From: Candidatus Zhuqueibacterota bacterium
Lineage (GTDB): Bacteria > BS750m-G25
NCBI GenBank assembly: GCA_016783505.1
Contig: JADHWK010000004.1
Coordinates: 1-64,000, forward strand
Direction: 5' to 3'
DNA: 64,000 nucleotides
Every line of letters starts with the position of its first letter. Position 1 is the stretch's first letter. Positions 28,297-39,074 of this stretch are shown one piece after another. The translations under genes were made by a program, and so were the position numbers. Under the pieces are notes generated by a model that did not search any database, was not told where the DNA came from, and saw only the letters and a list, made by a program, of their open reading frames with translations.

Positions 28297-31200
28297 ATGA
28301 AATCCTTCTTTCGCTTTTTCGCCGAACGCCATTTACTGGCGTATCTTATTACTATAATGATTATATTGTTAGGGCTTAGCACCCTTGTGGGTATCAAAAG
28401 GAGCATTTATCCCATAGTGGACTTTGGGGTGACGAACATAATGACCCGCTATCCAGGTGCCTCGCCTGAGGATGTTGAACTTAATGTAACTAATAAGATT
28501 GAAGAGGAATTAAAAAGTGTAGCCGGTATTAACAGAATCACCTCCATCTCAATGGAAAATGTCTCGATTATTGACGTATACATAGACCTTGACGTGAGCA
28601 ATCAGGATAAAATCAAGATGGATATTCGGGAGGCGGTGGGCCAAGTTACAGATTTGCCCAAGGAGGTGACCGGATCGCCTCAAGTAACAGAGATGAGTAC
28701 TACCGAAATAGATGTAATCGAAGTGGGACTTTCCGGAGATATTCCATACAAGGAATTAAGAGAACTCGCCAGGCTATTAGAAAAGAAACTGAAAAACGTT
28801 CAAGGTGTCTCACGATTAGATCGATTTGGCTATCGCGCTCGAGAGATCAAAGTGGAGGCATCCCCGGATGCGATGGCGAAGTATCAAATTCCTCTGGGGG
28901 AGATCATCACCGCCATTCAAAGACGGAACATCCAGGGGACAACTGGTACCTTTGAATCCTATACCAGTGAAAAGGACCTGGTCACACTGGCTCAATTCTT
29001 CGACCCACTAGAAGTGGGTGATGTCATCGTCCGCTCCACTTTCGACGGTCCTATCATCAAGGTTAAGGACCTTGCCATTGTGAAGGATGATTTTGAGGAG
29101 GAAAAGCTCCTTTCCCGGATGAACGGTAAGCCAGCCATTTCCTTTCTCGTCTTCATCAGCGAATATGCGGACGCTATCCGAACCTGTGATGCCATCAAAG
29201 AACTTATCAATGAAGAAAGCAAAAACCTCCCTGAGGGTGTTGAGATTCAGTATGTGAACGATGAATCGCGCTATGTCCGCAATAGCTTCAATGTGGTCCT
29301 TTCAAACGGTTTGATCGGCCTTGCTCTTGTCCTCATTATTCTAACCATTATCCTGAATTTTCGTACTGCCTTTTGGGTCGCCATGGGTATTCCTGTGGCC
29401 TTATTGGGTACCATCTTTCTGCTGCCCCTGTTCGGCCAGCATCTGGATACCATTGGCCTCACCGGAATGATCTTGGTACTCGGTATCATCGTAGATGATG
29501 CTATCATAATATCCGAAAATATCACCCGTCGTAGAGAAAAGAGTGACGAACCTTTGACAGCGGCGGTAGAAGGGATACGGGAAGTATTTAATCCTGTCTT
29601 GACCACCGTGCTTACCACATTCCTCGTTTTTGTCCCCATGTTTTTCATGCCGGGAGTCATGGGAAAATCTATATTCCCTATCCCTTTAGCCATCAGTTTG
29701 GCCCTGTTCATTTCCCTGGGAGAATCAACAGTGGCACTGCCGTCACATCTTATACCAGCGATGCGTAGCCATTCCGTTAAGTCCCGCCGTCGCCACTGGT
29801 TTAGAATACTGAGTCATCGTTATCGGAATATTGTGTACCATCTCCTCAGGTTCCGATATGTGATTGTCCCCTTATTCATCATTTTTCTGGCAGGCGCACT
29901 CTGGTATGCCAGCAGTTATATGAAGTTCATCCTTTTCCCTACGGGTACCTCAGAGCATGTCTTTATCAGCAACGAATTTCTTCCGGGAACGCCATTGCAA
30001 GTTACCTCTGAAAAGACGAAGGAGATCGAAGAGATTGTGGCTAATTTACCAGGGAATGAGTTGGAGTCGTTCAGTACCCGTATTGGATTAAACCCATTCA
30101 TCAGTGGAATGCATGGAGCTGAAAGCGAAAATTACGCTGCTATTTCAGTGAACCTCACGCCTTATACAGAGAGGTCCAGGACGACTGACGAAATTGTCGA
30201 AGACCTACGGCAGAAGACGGATAAACTTCAGGGTCAGGGGAAAATTACATATCAGATTGTGGGAACGGCTCCCCCCGTAGGGAAACCCGTCAGCCTACGA
30301 ATCGTTGGGTCCAATGATAAACTGAGAACACAACTGGCAGATTCTGTGGAGGCGTTTCTGGGAAGGATTGCTGGCGTAAAGGATATCACTCGTGATGACA
30401 GAGGGGGAAAAGATCAGGTACAGATTAGAATAAACTACGAAAAACTCTCCCGATTAGGGCTCACCGTTTCTGATGTGGCACAGAACGTTCGCATTGCCTA
30501 TGATGGCGAGATCGTGACGAGTGTGCGTTACGGCGATGAAGACGTCGAATTCCGGGTCATGATTCAGGAAGAAGCCCGCAAGCGGCTGAGAGATCTGAAT
30601 GAACTCCGCATTCCCAATCGCCAGGGACGACTCATCCCGTTGAAAGAGGTCGCCTGGCTCAAAACTGGTCCCGGCCCGTCGGATTACCGGCATTTCAACG
30701 GCGAACGTGCCTTGACGATTGAAGCCGATCTCGATCAAGACATCATTACCCCATTGGAGGTGACCGACGCTGTCCTTAACCATTTTGATTTGAACAGAGA
30801 TTGGCCTGGGATGCAGCTTGCCTTAGAGGGAGAACTGTTTGAAACCGAGGAGTCCATGGCAGGTCTTTTTCTGGCGTTTATCATCGCCGTTATTGGAATT
30901 TATTTCCTCTTGGTCCTCCTGTTTAACTCTTTGACCCAACCTTTCCTGGTCATTATAGCCATCCCCTTTGGTATCATAGGGGTCATTGTCGCATTTGCGT
31001 TTCATGGCGAACCGTTCAGTTTCATGGCAATCATGGGCATCATCGGTCTTTGTGGAGTTGTGGTCAACGATTCCCTCGTCCTGGTAAGCCATATCAATGA
31101 TCTTAGACGCCAAAAAGAGGGTGAAAATGTCCTTCAAATTGTAGCAGAGGGGACCGCCAACCGCTTACGGGCAATTGTTCTGACAACCCTCACAACTGTT

Positions 31201-31377
31201 GTGGCTCTTCTACCGTTGGCTTATGGTCTCGGCGGAACATCTCCGTTTATGGCACCCATTGCATTAGCGCTGGGGTGGGGTCTGTTGCTCGCCACGCCAC
31301 TTACCCTGGTCCTTGTGCCAAGCCTGTATGCGATTGGGGGTGATATAAGCAAAATTTTTTCCCGGAATTTAAGGTAG
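28297..31377 (+). CDS. RND (AcrB-family) transporter, copy 1
   Basis: 1026 aa; YPGASPEDVE, GIIVDDAII, GVVVNDSLVL, RLRAIVLT. Confidence 0.93.
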   Translation: MKSFFRFFAERHLLAYLITIMIILLGLSTLVGIKRSIYPIVDFGVTNIMTRYPGASPEDVELNVTNKIEEELKSVAGINRITSISMENVSIIDVYIDLDVSNQDKIKMDIREAVGQVTDLPKEVTGSPQVTEMSTTEIDVIEVGLSGDIPYKELRELARLLEKKLKNVQGVSRLDRFGYRAREIKVEASPDAMAKYQIPLGEIITAIQRRNIQGTTGTFESYTSEKDLVTLAQFFDPLEVGDVIVRSTFDGPIIKVKDLAIVKDDFEEEKLLSRMNGKPAISFLVFISEYADAIRTCDAIKELINEESKNLPEGVEIQYVNDESRYVRNSFNVVLSNGLIGLALVLIILTIILNFRTAFWVAMGIPVALLGTIFLLPLFGQHLDTIGLTGMILVLGIIVDDAIIISENITRRREKSDEPLTAAVEGIREVFNPVLTTVLTTFLVFVPMFFMPGVMGKSIFPIPLAISLALFISLGESTVALPSHLIPAMRSHSVKSRRRHWFRILSHRYRNIVYHLLRFRYVIVPLFIIFLAGALWYASSYMKFILFPTGTSEHVFISNEFLPGTPLQVTSEKTKEIEEIVANLPGNELESFSTRIGLNPFISGMHGAESENYAAISVNLTPYTERSRTTDEIVEDLRQKTDKLQGQGKITYQIVGTAPPVGKPVSLRIVGSNDKLRTQLADSVEAFLGRIAGVKDITRDDRGGKDQVQIRINYEKLSRLGLTVSDVAQNVRIAYDGEIVTSVRYGDEDVEFRVMIQEEARKRLRDLNELRIPNRQGRLIPLKEVAWLKTGPGPSDYRHFNGERALTIEADLDQDIITPLEVTDAVLNHFDLNRDWPGMQLALEGELFETEESMAGLFLAFIIAVIGIYFLLVLLFNSLTQPFLVIIAIPFGIIGVIVAFAFHGEPFSFMAIMGIIGLCGVVVNDSLVLVSHINDLRRQKEGENVLQIVAEGTANRLRAIVLTTLTTVVALLPLAYGLGGTSPFMAPIALALGWGLLLATPLTLVLVPSLYAIGGDISKIFSRNLR

Positions 31378-31409
31378 TTTAATAACAATTAATTTAGGAG
31401 GTAACAAAA

Positions 31410-34400
31410 ATGAAATCATTCTTCAGATTTTTCGCCGAACGCCATATCCTGGCGTATCTCATCACCATAATGACCATTATCTTAGGTCTTAGCACCCTTA
31501 TGGGAATCAAACGGGACATTTATCCCCAGGTGGATTTTGGTATGATGAGCATAATGACCCGCTATCCGGGTGCTTCGCCGGAGGATGTTGAACTCAACAT
31601 CACCAACAAAATTGAAGGAGAGTTGAAAAATGTAACGGATATAGAAAAAATAACCTCTGTTTCCATGGAGAATGTCTCGGTTATCTTAGTATTTATCAAC
31701 CTGGACGCAAGTGATCAGGATAAAATCAAAAATGAAATTCGGGAAGCGGTAGGTCGGGTTACAGAATTTCCAGAGGAAGTAACCGAATCACCCCTGATTG
31801 TTGAACTCAGTTCCACTGAACAGCCAGTGATCGAAGTTGGACTTTCCGGAGACATTCGCTACAGGGAATTAAGAGAGCTTGCCCGATTATTTGAGAAAAA
31901 ATTGAAGAACGTCCCTGGTGTTTCTCGGTTAGAGAAACTTGGATATCGTGCCCGGGAAATCAAAGTGGAAGTTTCTACCAGGGCAGTTAAGGAGTATCAA
32001 ATCCCTTTAAGAGAGATCATTGCTGCTGTTAAAGGTCGCAACATCCGCGGGACAACCGGTTCCTTTGAATCCTATACCAGTGAAAAAGACCTGGTTACGT
32101 TGGCCCAATTCCGCAGTCCACAGGAAGTAGGCGACGTCATCGTCCGCTCCACATTCGAAGGCCCTCTCATCAAAGTTAAAGATCTTGCCATGGTGACTGA
32201 TGAATTTGAGGACGAAAGAGTCCTATCCCGGATGAATGGTAAATCAGCCATTTCCTTTCCCGTTTACATAAGCAAATCTGCGGATGTCATCCGAACCACC
32301 GATGCCATCAAAGAACTTGTTGAGCATGAAAGAGAGAACCTCCCTGAGGGTGTCGAGATTCTCTATTCAAATGACCTATCTCGCATTGTTCGCAATAGCT
32401 TTGATGTTGTCTTTAAGAATGGTCTGATTGGTCTGTTGCTAGTGATAATTCTTCTGCCCATTTTTCTAAACTTCCGTACCGCCTTTTGGGTCGCATTGGG
32501 CATTCCGGTGGCTTTGTTAGGCGCCATCTTTCTGCTGCCCCTGTTCGGTATGTATCTGGATACCATTACTCTCACCGGGATGATCTTGGTGATCGGTATC
32601 ATTGTAGATGACGCCATTATTATTTCCGAAAACATCTCCAGTCGTAGGGAAAAAGGGGATGAACCCCTGGAAGCGGCGGTGGCAGGAATCAATGAGGTTT
32701 TTCGTCCTGTTCTGACTACAGTTCTTACTACATTCCTGGTATTTGCTCCCATGTTTTTCATGCCGGGTATTTTTGGAAAATATATTGTCCCTATACCTTT
32801 GGCAATCAGTTTAGCCCTGTTCATTTCTCTGGGAGAGGCGATGGTGGTGCTGCCGGCACATTTAGTACCGGGGATGCGTCGCCGTCGGGTGGAGGCTACC
32901 GGTCGCAACTGGTTCCGAAATCTGAGTGACCGTTATCGGGGTGTTGTGTTTCATATTCTCAGGTTCCGATATATTTTCATTCCATTGTTCATTATTCTGC
33001 TAGTACTCGCTCTCTGGTATGCCGGAAATTTCATGAAGTTCATCCTTTTCCCTTCTGAAATGGCAGATCACTTTTTTATCGGGAACGAGCTTCCCACAGG
33101 AACTCCTTTGCAAACCACCTCTGATAAGATGAAAGAGATCGAAGTATTGGTGGCAGATTTACCTGACGATGAATTGGCATCTTTCACCACCCGGATTGGA
33201 ACCAACCCATTTATTAATGCAGAGAGCGAAAACTATGCTTATATTTCTGTGAATCTTACTCCTTATACAGGAAGGTCCCGGACTGCTGACGAAATTGTCG
33301 AAGCCCTTCGGCAAAAGACAGATGAACTCCAGGGCCAGGGAAAGATTTTCTATTTGATCTCGACAGGTGGTCCCCCGGTGGGGAAACCCATCAGCTTACG
33401 TATAGTTGGGTCCAATGATATATTGAGGACACAACTGGCAGATTCTATGGAAGCGTTCCTGGGAAGAATTAGCGGCGTGAAAGACATCACTCGGGATGAC
33501 AAGGCGGGAAAAGACCAGGTGGAGATAAACATCAACTACGACAGACTTTCCCGGCTTGGGCTGACTGTGGCAGATGTTGCCCGGAATGTTCGCATCGCCT
33601 ATGACGGTGAGGTGGTGACCAGTGTGCGCTATGGCGATGAAGACGTTGAGTTTCGGGTAATGCTTCAGGAAGAAGCCCGCAAGCGGCTGAGCTATCTATA
33701 TGAACTCCTCATTCCCAATCGCCAGGGACGACTCATCCCGTTGAAAGAAGTCGCCACGCTCAAAGCAGGTCCTGGTCATTCTGATTATCGTCACTTCGAC
33801 GGTGAACGAACCGTCACGGTGGAAGCTGATCTCGATCAAGACATAACAACCCCATTAGAGGTTAGCAAGGCTGTCTTTGACCATTTCGACTTAGACAGAG
33901 ACTGGCCGGGCATGCAACTCGCTAAAGGGGGTGAAGTAGTGGAGACTGAGGAGTCAATGGCAGGCCTCTTCCGAACGATGATAATTGCCGTTGTAGGAAT
34001 TTATTTCCTTTTAGTCCTCCTGTTTAACTCTATGACTCAGCCATTCCTGGTCATGATGGCCATCCCCTTTGGTATCATTGGTGTTATTATTGCATTTGCG
34101 TTCCATGGGGAACCGTTTAGTTTCGTGGCGATAATGGGAATAATCGGTCTTTGCGGGGTTGTAGTCAATGACTCCCTCGTCCTGGTCAACCATATCAATG
34201 ACCTCAAACGACAGCGGCGGGGTGAAAGTATCCTGGAACTTGTAGCCGAGGGAACCGGCGACCGCTTGCGGGCGATAGTCTTGACGACCGTCACTACCGT
34301 TGCTGCCCTCCTGCCGCTGGCCTATGGACTTGGCGGAACGGCTCTGTTCATGGCTCCCATGGCATTAGCGCTGGGATGGGGTCTGGTGTTCGCCACCCCG

Positions 34401-34490
34401 CTTACCCTGGTTTTGGTCCCTTGTCTTTATATGATCGGTCAGGATATACATAGGATTTTCAAAAGAGGCGGTAGGGCTCTGAAAGCATAA
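31410..34490 (+). CDS. RND (AcrB-family) transporter, copy 2
   Basis: 1026 aa; co-linear close paralog of copy 1 with the same motifs. Confidence 0.93.
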   Translation: MKSFFRFFAERHILAYLITIMTIILGLSTLMGIKRDIYPQVDFGMMSIMTRYPGASPEDVELNITNKIEGELKNVTDIEKITSVSMENVSVILVFINLDASDQDKIKNEIREAVGRVTEFPEEVTESPLIVELSSTEQPVIEVGLSGDIRYRELRELARLFEKKLKNVPGVSRLEKLGYRAREIKVEVSTRAVKEYQIPLREIIAAVKGRNIRGTTGSFESYTSEKDLVTLAQFRSPQEVGDVIVRSTFEGPLIKVKDLAMVTDEFEDERVLSRMNGKSAISFPVYISKSADVIRTTDAIKELVEHERENLPEGVEILYSNDLSRIVRNSFDVVFKNGLIGLLLVIILLPIFLNFRTAFWVALGIPVALLGAIFLLPLFGMYLDTITLTGMILVIGIIVDDAIIISENISSRREKGDEPLEAAVAGINEVFRPVLTTVLTTFLVFAPMFFMPGIFGKYIVPIPLAISLALFISLGEAMVVLPAHLVPGMRRRRVEATGRNWFRNLSDRYRGVVFHILRFRYIFIPLFIILLVLALWYAGNFMKFILFPSEMADHFFIGNELPTGTPLQTTSDKMKEIEVLVADLPDDELASFTTRIGTNPFINAESENYAYISVNLTPYTGRSRTADEIVEALRQKTDELQGQGKIFYLISTGGPPVGKPISLRIVGSNDILRTQLADSMEAFLGRISGVKDITRDDKAGKDQVEININYDRLSRLGLTVADVARNVRIAYDGEVVTSVRYGDEDVEFRVMLQEEARKRLSYLYELLIPNRQGRLIPLKEVATLKAGPGHSDYRHFDGERTVTVEADLDQDITTPLEVSKAVFDHFDLDRDWPGMQLAKGGEVVETEESMAGLFRTMIIAVVGIYFLLVLLFNSMTQPFLVMMAIPFGIIGVIIAFAFHGEPFSFVAIMGIIGLCGVVVNDSLVLVNHINDLKRQRRGESILELVAEGTGDRLRAIVLTTVTTVAALLPLAYGLGGTALFMAPMALALGWGLVFATPLTLVLVPCLYMIGQDIHRIFKRGGRALKA

Positions 34491-34576
34491 CAACTCCGAG
34501 TGGGTCTACAAAAAAAATGGTTTTTCACCGATTATAGTAGGTAGATAGAAAATTTGCTGGCAACCTTGGAGGTTGG

Positions 34577-35239
34577 ATGATGAATAAGAAAAATAGTATT
34601 AGCGGACACGATGAATACGCTGCCGAATACGATCAACAAGTCCGCGAATACGAATGTTTCGCCCATGAAGCGCTGTTCGGTCTGAGCTTTGAACATGTGA
34701 ATCCTCATGACCGCCTGCTTGATATCGGAATAGGTACCGGGCTTGGCTCCCTGCTATTTGCCAGAGCTGGCTTGGAAGTATTCGGAATTGACGGTTCCAT
34801 TGAAATGATGAAGATCTGCGAGTCGAAAAATATCGCCAAGGATCTCAAACAATTCGACCTGCAAAATACACCTCTGCCCTATTCCGACGGCTTCTTCGAA
34901 CACGTGATTTCCTGCGGCGTTTTTCATTTCTTTGACGATCTGGAGCCGATGTTTAAGGAGGTTTCCCGGATTATCAAACCAAGAGGAATCTTCGCCTTCA
35001 CCATTTTAGCGCAAACCACGGAAAAAGAAGAAAGGGTCGCCGGTGGCAACCGAGAAGCCTATTCAGAAATGTCAAGGGAAGGCATAACGATATTCATGCA
35101 CAGAGATAGATACATCGAAAAACTTTTACAAGGCAGCGGATTTGACAAATTGAAGATGTTGAAATTTTTGGTGTGGAGTGGACAGGAAGATATTGACGAT
35201 CTTTACTACGCCTATGTGGCCCAAAGATACGGTATTTGA
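34577..35239 (+). CDS. class I SAM-dependent methyltransferase
   Basis: LLDIGIGTG, GIDGS, IIKPRGIFAF. Confidence 0.88.
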   Translation: MMNKKNSISGHDEYAAEYDQQVREYECFAHEALFGLSFEHVNPHDRLLDIGIGTGLGSLLFARAGLEVFGIDGSIEMMKICESKNIAKDLKQFDLQNTPLPYSDGFFEHVISCGVFHFFDDLEPMFKEVSRIIKPRGIFAFTILAQTTEKEERVAGGNREAYSEMSREGITIFMHRDRYIEKLLQGSGFDKLKMLKFLVWSGQEDIDDLYYAYVAQRYGI

Positions 35240-35592
35240 TTTTCATTGCAAAATAAAGATATGTGAGTTTCCGAAATATAACGGGGGAAAGCCTCAATGA
35301 GCTTCCAGAGATCTGCCATAAGTTGAACTTTACAGCGACTGATGCGGACAGGGCACTCTTAGAGACAAGGATAAACCCGTGCGTTTTTATGATCACAACA
35401 AAGCCGCCTGCTGACAAATCACTGCAGCCGATTCCGAAAGACCGGGACGGGAATGACAGACAAAAAGAAGTAGTTGAAGAAAAAGAAAATATATTTGAGA
35501 AGACAAATCACTATGTGTACCCAAACTGATCTGGGAAGGATCCCAAAAATAGAGATGCGCTAGAATTAAATCAAATCTAAAAAGGTAAAGTC

Positions 35593-36762
35593 ATGAAAAC
35601 AGCAGTCAAAAACATTGGGAATATTTTCCCTTACTTTGTTTTCTGTTTACTTATTTTCCGAGTAAACAGTAACGGTTACGCTCAACAGGTAATCGGATTA
35701 TCGTTGGATTATGAATCTTCACCGATTATTGAACCAACAGAACAAGATACAAGCGCTCACGATATGGAAAACCAAGAAAGCTCCCCTGGTATAGGAGCTT
35801 TCCCGGTTATTTTTTATAGTGATCAAACTCGATGGGCCGGCGGTGCCGGAGTGCAGTTGGTGTTTAGGGGGCAGTCTGAACAACAATCTTCTACCATCGG
35901 CATCCTAGCATTTTATACCCAAAACAAACAGTACGTTATCCAAGGTAGACCTGAAATCTACTTGAAAGAAGGAGCCTATAAGTTTTCTGGTGAATTTGCC
36001 TACTTATATTTTCCAGATAAATTTTATGGTATTGGTAACAACACCAGTAAAGACTATGAAGATTATACTTCCCGTCTTTTTGCGATCAAACCCTCAATAC
36101 AAAAAAAGATATATTCCAACCTGTATGTCGGGCTCCAATATGGGCATTATGATGCCAAACTCACCGATACCGAGGAGGGAAAACTGCTGGATAGCGGAGT
36201 AATATTAGGGGGTGAAGGCGGTGTTGTTTCCGGTGCCGGTATAAATGCCACCTGGGATTCCCGTGATAACAATCTTTATCCCACTAGCGGCAGTTATCAT
36301 CAATTAACAGCCGTTTCTTCCGGGCCTTCACTGGGCAGTAATTTTACCTTCAATTCTTATTTACTGGATTTTCGTCATTACCGGCCTGTCTTTGACGAAC
36401 ATATCATCGCCTTCCGGGGTGTGATTGGGTTAAGCACCGGAAATCCCCCTTTTCAAATGATGAATCAATTGGGTGGATATCTTCGCGGTTATAAGATCAC
36501 CCGTTTTGTAGACAAAAATTTAGTTGCTGTTCAGGCAGAATACCGCCTGCCGCTGTTTAGGCGGCTGGGATTGGTGGGGTTTGCTGGATTCGGACAGGTT
36601 GCTGAAAACGTCGGAAAGATCTCTCTAAAAGAACTAAAACCCTCGGCAGGATTCGGAATCCGATTTGCCCTGATCCCAGAGCAGAAAGTCAATCTGCGAA
36701 TTGATCTGGGGATGGGCAAAGATGATTCCAGTTTCGACATTAATATTATGGAAGTGTTTTAG
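35593..36762 (+). CDS. Omp85 (BamA/TamA-like) barrel protein without evident POTRA domains
   Basis: Signal peptide, WDSRDN..YP, LRGY, AEYR, GFGIRF, C-terminal Phe. Confidence 0.82.
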   Translation: MKTAVKNIGNIFPYFVFCLLIFRVNSNGYAQQVIGLSLDYESSPIIEPTEQDTSAHDMENQESSPGIGAFPVIFYSDQTRWAGGAGVQLVFRGQSEQQSSTIGILAFYTQNKQYVIQGRPEIYLKEGAYKFSGEFAYLYFPDKFYGIGNNTSKDYEDYTSRLFAIKPSIQKKIYSNLYVGLQYGHYDAKLTDTEEGKLLDSGVILGGEGGVVSGAGINATWDSRDNNLYPTSGSYHQLTAVSSGPSLGSNFTFNSYLLDFRHYRPVFDEHIIAFRGVIGLSTGNPPFQMMNQLGGYLRGYKITRFVDKNLVAVQAEYRLPLFRRLGLVGFAGFGQVAENVGKISLKELKPSAGFGIRFALIPEQKVNLRIDLGMGKDDSSFDINIMEVF

Positions 36763-36850
36763 CCCAGGGGTTGTACAAATGAGGGGTTTATTGGACAGTA
36801 AGGTTATATTAAGTGAATTTTTATAAAGATAAACATGGTTTATTTCTATT

Positions 36851-36893
36851 AAAAAGGCCTATCCATTCATCTTGAGTAGGCCTTTTGTTTTTT
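36851..36893 (+). terminator. intrinsic terminator
   Basis: AAAAAGGCCTA...TAGGCCTTTTGTTTTTT. Confidence 0.65.
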
Positions 36894-37056
36894 ATACCTT
36901 TTTCCCTTGACTCTATTCCAAAAATTTACTATTTTGTTTCAGTAAACTTTTGCTTACGGAATCTCATTCTGAACTGATTAGCTTACTAAAGATAATACCT
37001 GTTAACCTATTGCTTGTAATTGGGCCATTATTGTTTTGTCGAGGGATGATTATGAA

Positions 37057-38721
37057 ATGAAGAATTTAATAAAAATCCGGTTCTCACACAGACTTATCGG
37101 TCTTATTTTTCTAATAATAATTGTTTCCTGCATCGGGTCTTATATTCAAATGTATGTAAGTAAAGACAGTTTCGGTCTCGTTCCTTTACCTATGTCCCTT
37201 GACGTGATGGAGGGTACGTTCAAAATTAATTCGGAAACTGTAATTCTAACGGATAACAATTCACCAAGAGTGCAAGAAATCGGCTTTTATCTCAATGAAT
37301 ATCTTTCTTCCTCGTATCAACTGTCCCTGAGAATTAAAGATTCTAATGCTGAAAAAACATTAGCTGGAACCATATCACTCACCCTCGGGAATAATATGGA
37401 GGGGTTAGGCGATGAGGGATATGAATTAATCATACATAAAAATCACGTTTCTTTAAAAGCCAATACCCCGGCGGGTTTATTTTATGGGGTTCAAACTATT
37501 ATTCAACTTTTAAATCCACAAGCCAACTCAATTGATGGTCTTTGTCTCCCTTCATTAAAAATTGTTGACCGCCCGCGCTATTCCTGGAGGGGGATGCATC
37601 TGGATGTGTGTCGTCATTTCTTCCCGAAAGAGTTCATAAAAAAATATATTGATCTCATCGCCATGCATAAAATGAACACGTTTCACTGGCATCTAACAGA
37701 AGATCAGGGATGGAGGATTGAAATAAAAAAATACCCGAATTTGACTGAAATAGGTGCCTGGCGTAAAGAAACCCTTATAGGCCATAGTAAGGAGAAACCA
37801 CAAAAATTTGACGGCATTCCCCATGGAGGATTTTACACTCAGGAGGAAATCAGAGAAATCGTGAAATACGCCCGTGAGCGTTTCGTCACCATTGTTCCTG
37901 AAATTGAACTTCCAGGTCATGCTACGGCCGCACTCGCCGCTTATCCTGAATTTTCCTGTACTGGTGGACCCTTTGAAGTGGAAACCACCTGGGGGATAAA
38001 AAAAGACGTTTACTGTCCTGGAATGGAAGAAACATTTACCTTTCTTGAAAATGTCCTTACGGAAGTGATCGACCTATTTCCAGCACCCTATATTCACATT
38101 GGGGGTGACGAATGTCCAAAAGACCGTTGGAGAGAATGTGACCACTGTCAGGCGCGAATTAAACAGGAAGGGCTGAAAGATGAGGATGAACTCCAGAGTT
38201 ATTTCATCAAACGGATAGAAAGATTTCTATCATCAAAGAATAAAAGATTAGTAGGATGGGACGAAATTCTGGAAGGAGGATTGGCCCCCAATTCTACCGT
38301 TATGTCCTGGCGCGGTATAGCAGGCGGCATTGCGGCTTCAAGAAAGGGGCATGATGTAGTCATGACCCCAACCTCCCACTGTTATTTTGATTATTATCAG
38401 GCCAAAGGAGGTGAACCATTAGCTATTGGGGGGTTCTTGCCTTTGAAGAAGGTGTATTCTTTTGAACCGACACCTGTTGAGCTTGAACCAGAGCAGGCCA
38501 AACATATTCTGGGGGCACAGGGAAATGTTTGGACTGAATACATAGCCCGGCCAGAGCATGTCGAATATATGGCCCTACCGAGGATGTCTGCCATGGCTGA
38601 GGTGCTGTGGTCCCCGAAGGAAAAGCGCCACTTCAAAGATTTTCAAAAAAGAATGAGGATACACTATAGACGATTGGATCAAATGGACGTGAATTACCAT
38701 GCACCTAAAAAACCAGTCTAA
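37057..38721 (+). CDS. beta-N-acetylhexosaminidase (GH20)
   Basis: RGMHLDVCRHFF, HWHLTEDQGWR, PEIELPGH, HIGGDE, YFDY, WTEY. Confidence 0.95.
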   Translation: MKNLIKIRFSHRLIGLIFLIIIVSCIGSYIQMYVSKDSFGLVPLPMSLDVMEGTFKINSETVILTDNNSPRVQEIGFYLNEYLSSSYQLSLRIKDSNAEKTLAGTISLTLGNNMEGLGDEGYELIIHKNHVSLKANTPAGLFYGVQTIIQLLNPQANSIDGLCLPSLKIVDRPRYSWRGMHLDVCRHFFPKEFIKKYIDLIAMHKMNTFHWHLTEDQGWRIEIKKYPNLTEIGAWRKETLIGHSKEKPQKFDGIPHGGFYTQEEIREIVKYARERFVTIVPEIELPGHATAALAAYPEFSCTGGPFEVETTWGIKKDVYCPGMEETFTFLENVLTEVIDLFPAPYIHIGGDECPKDRWRECDHCQARIKQEGLKDEDELQSYFIKRIERFLSSKNKRLVGWDEILEGGLAPNSTVMSWRGIAGGIAASRKGHDVVMTPTSHCYFDYYQAKGGEPLAIGGFLPLKKVYSFEPTPVELEPEQAKHILGAQGNVWTEYIARPEHVEYMALPRMSAMAEVLWSPKEKRHFKDFQKRMRIHYRRLDQMDVNYHAPKKPV

Positions 38722-38772
38722 TAGTTCCCACCCGAAGGAATAGGATGAAGAGGGGGGAATTATATATTTACT

Positions 38773-38838
38773 TTCTAACCCCCGCTGCACCTGATCCCGA
38801 TCCCGAAGTATCGGGTGGGGTGACCTCTCTCGTTAGGT
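38773..38838 (+). repeat. attC-like site
   Basis: TTCTAAC-ccccgctgcacctga...ggtga-cctctctc-GTTAGGT; paired AAC/GTT ends with an imperfect internal stem. Confidence 0.5.
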
Positions 38839-39074
38839 CTCTCGTAAATCCATAGAAATAATAATAAAATGGATCAGAAGATGCTTATTCATAATAGAAG
38901 TCCATAAAAGGACAACTTTCGACTCGTTCCCACGTTTCACCCGGGAACACCTGACCAGATGCGCGGCTTTAACAGCAATAAAGACGCTGAGCATCTAATT
39001 CTACATTTTACCATAGATTCTTACAGCGAAAGAAATTTTCAGTGGCCTAAAATTTATAGAAAGGAGATACGATC

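Noticed and set aside
35263-35529. 88-aa ORF as a real gene
   Set aside because: It looks like a gene-tail fragment reading through an attC-like half-site; no family motifs.
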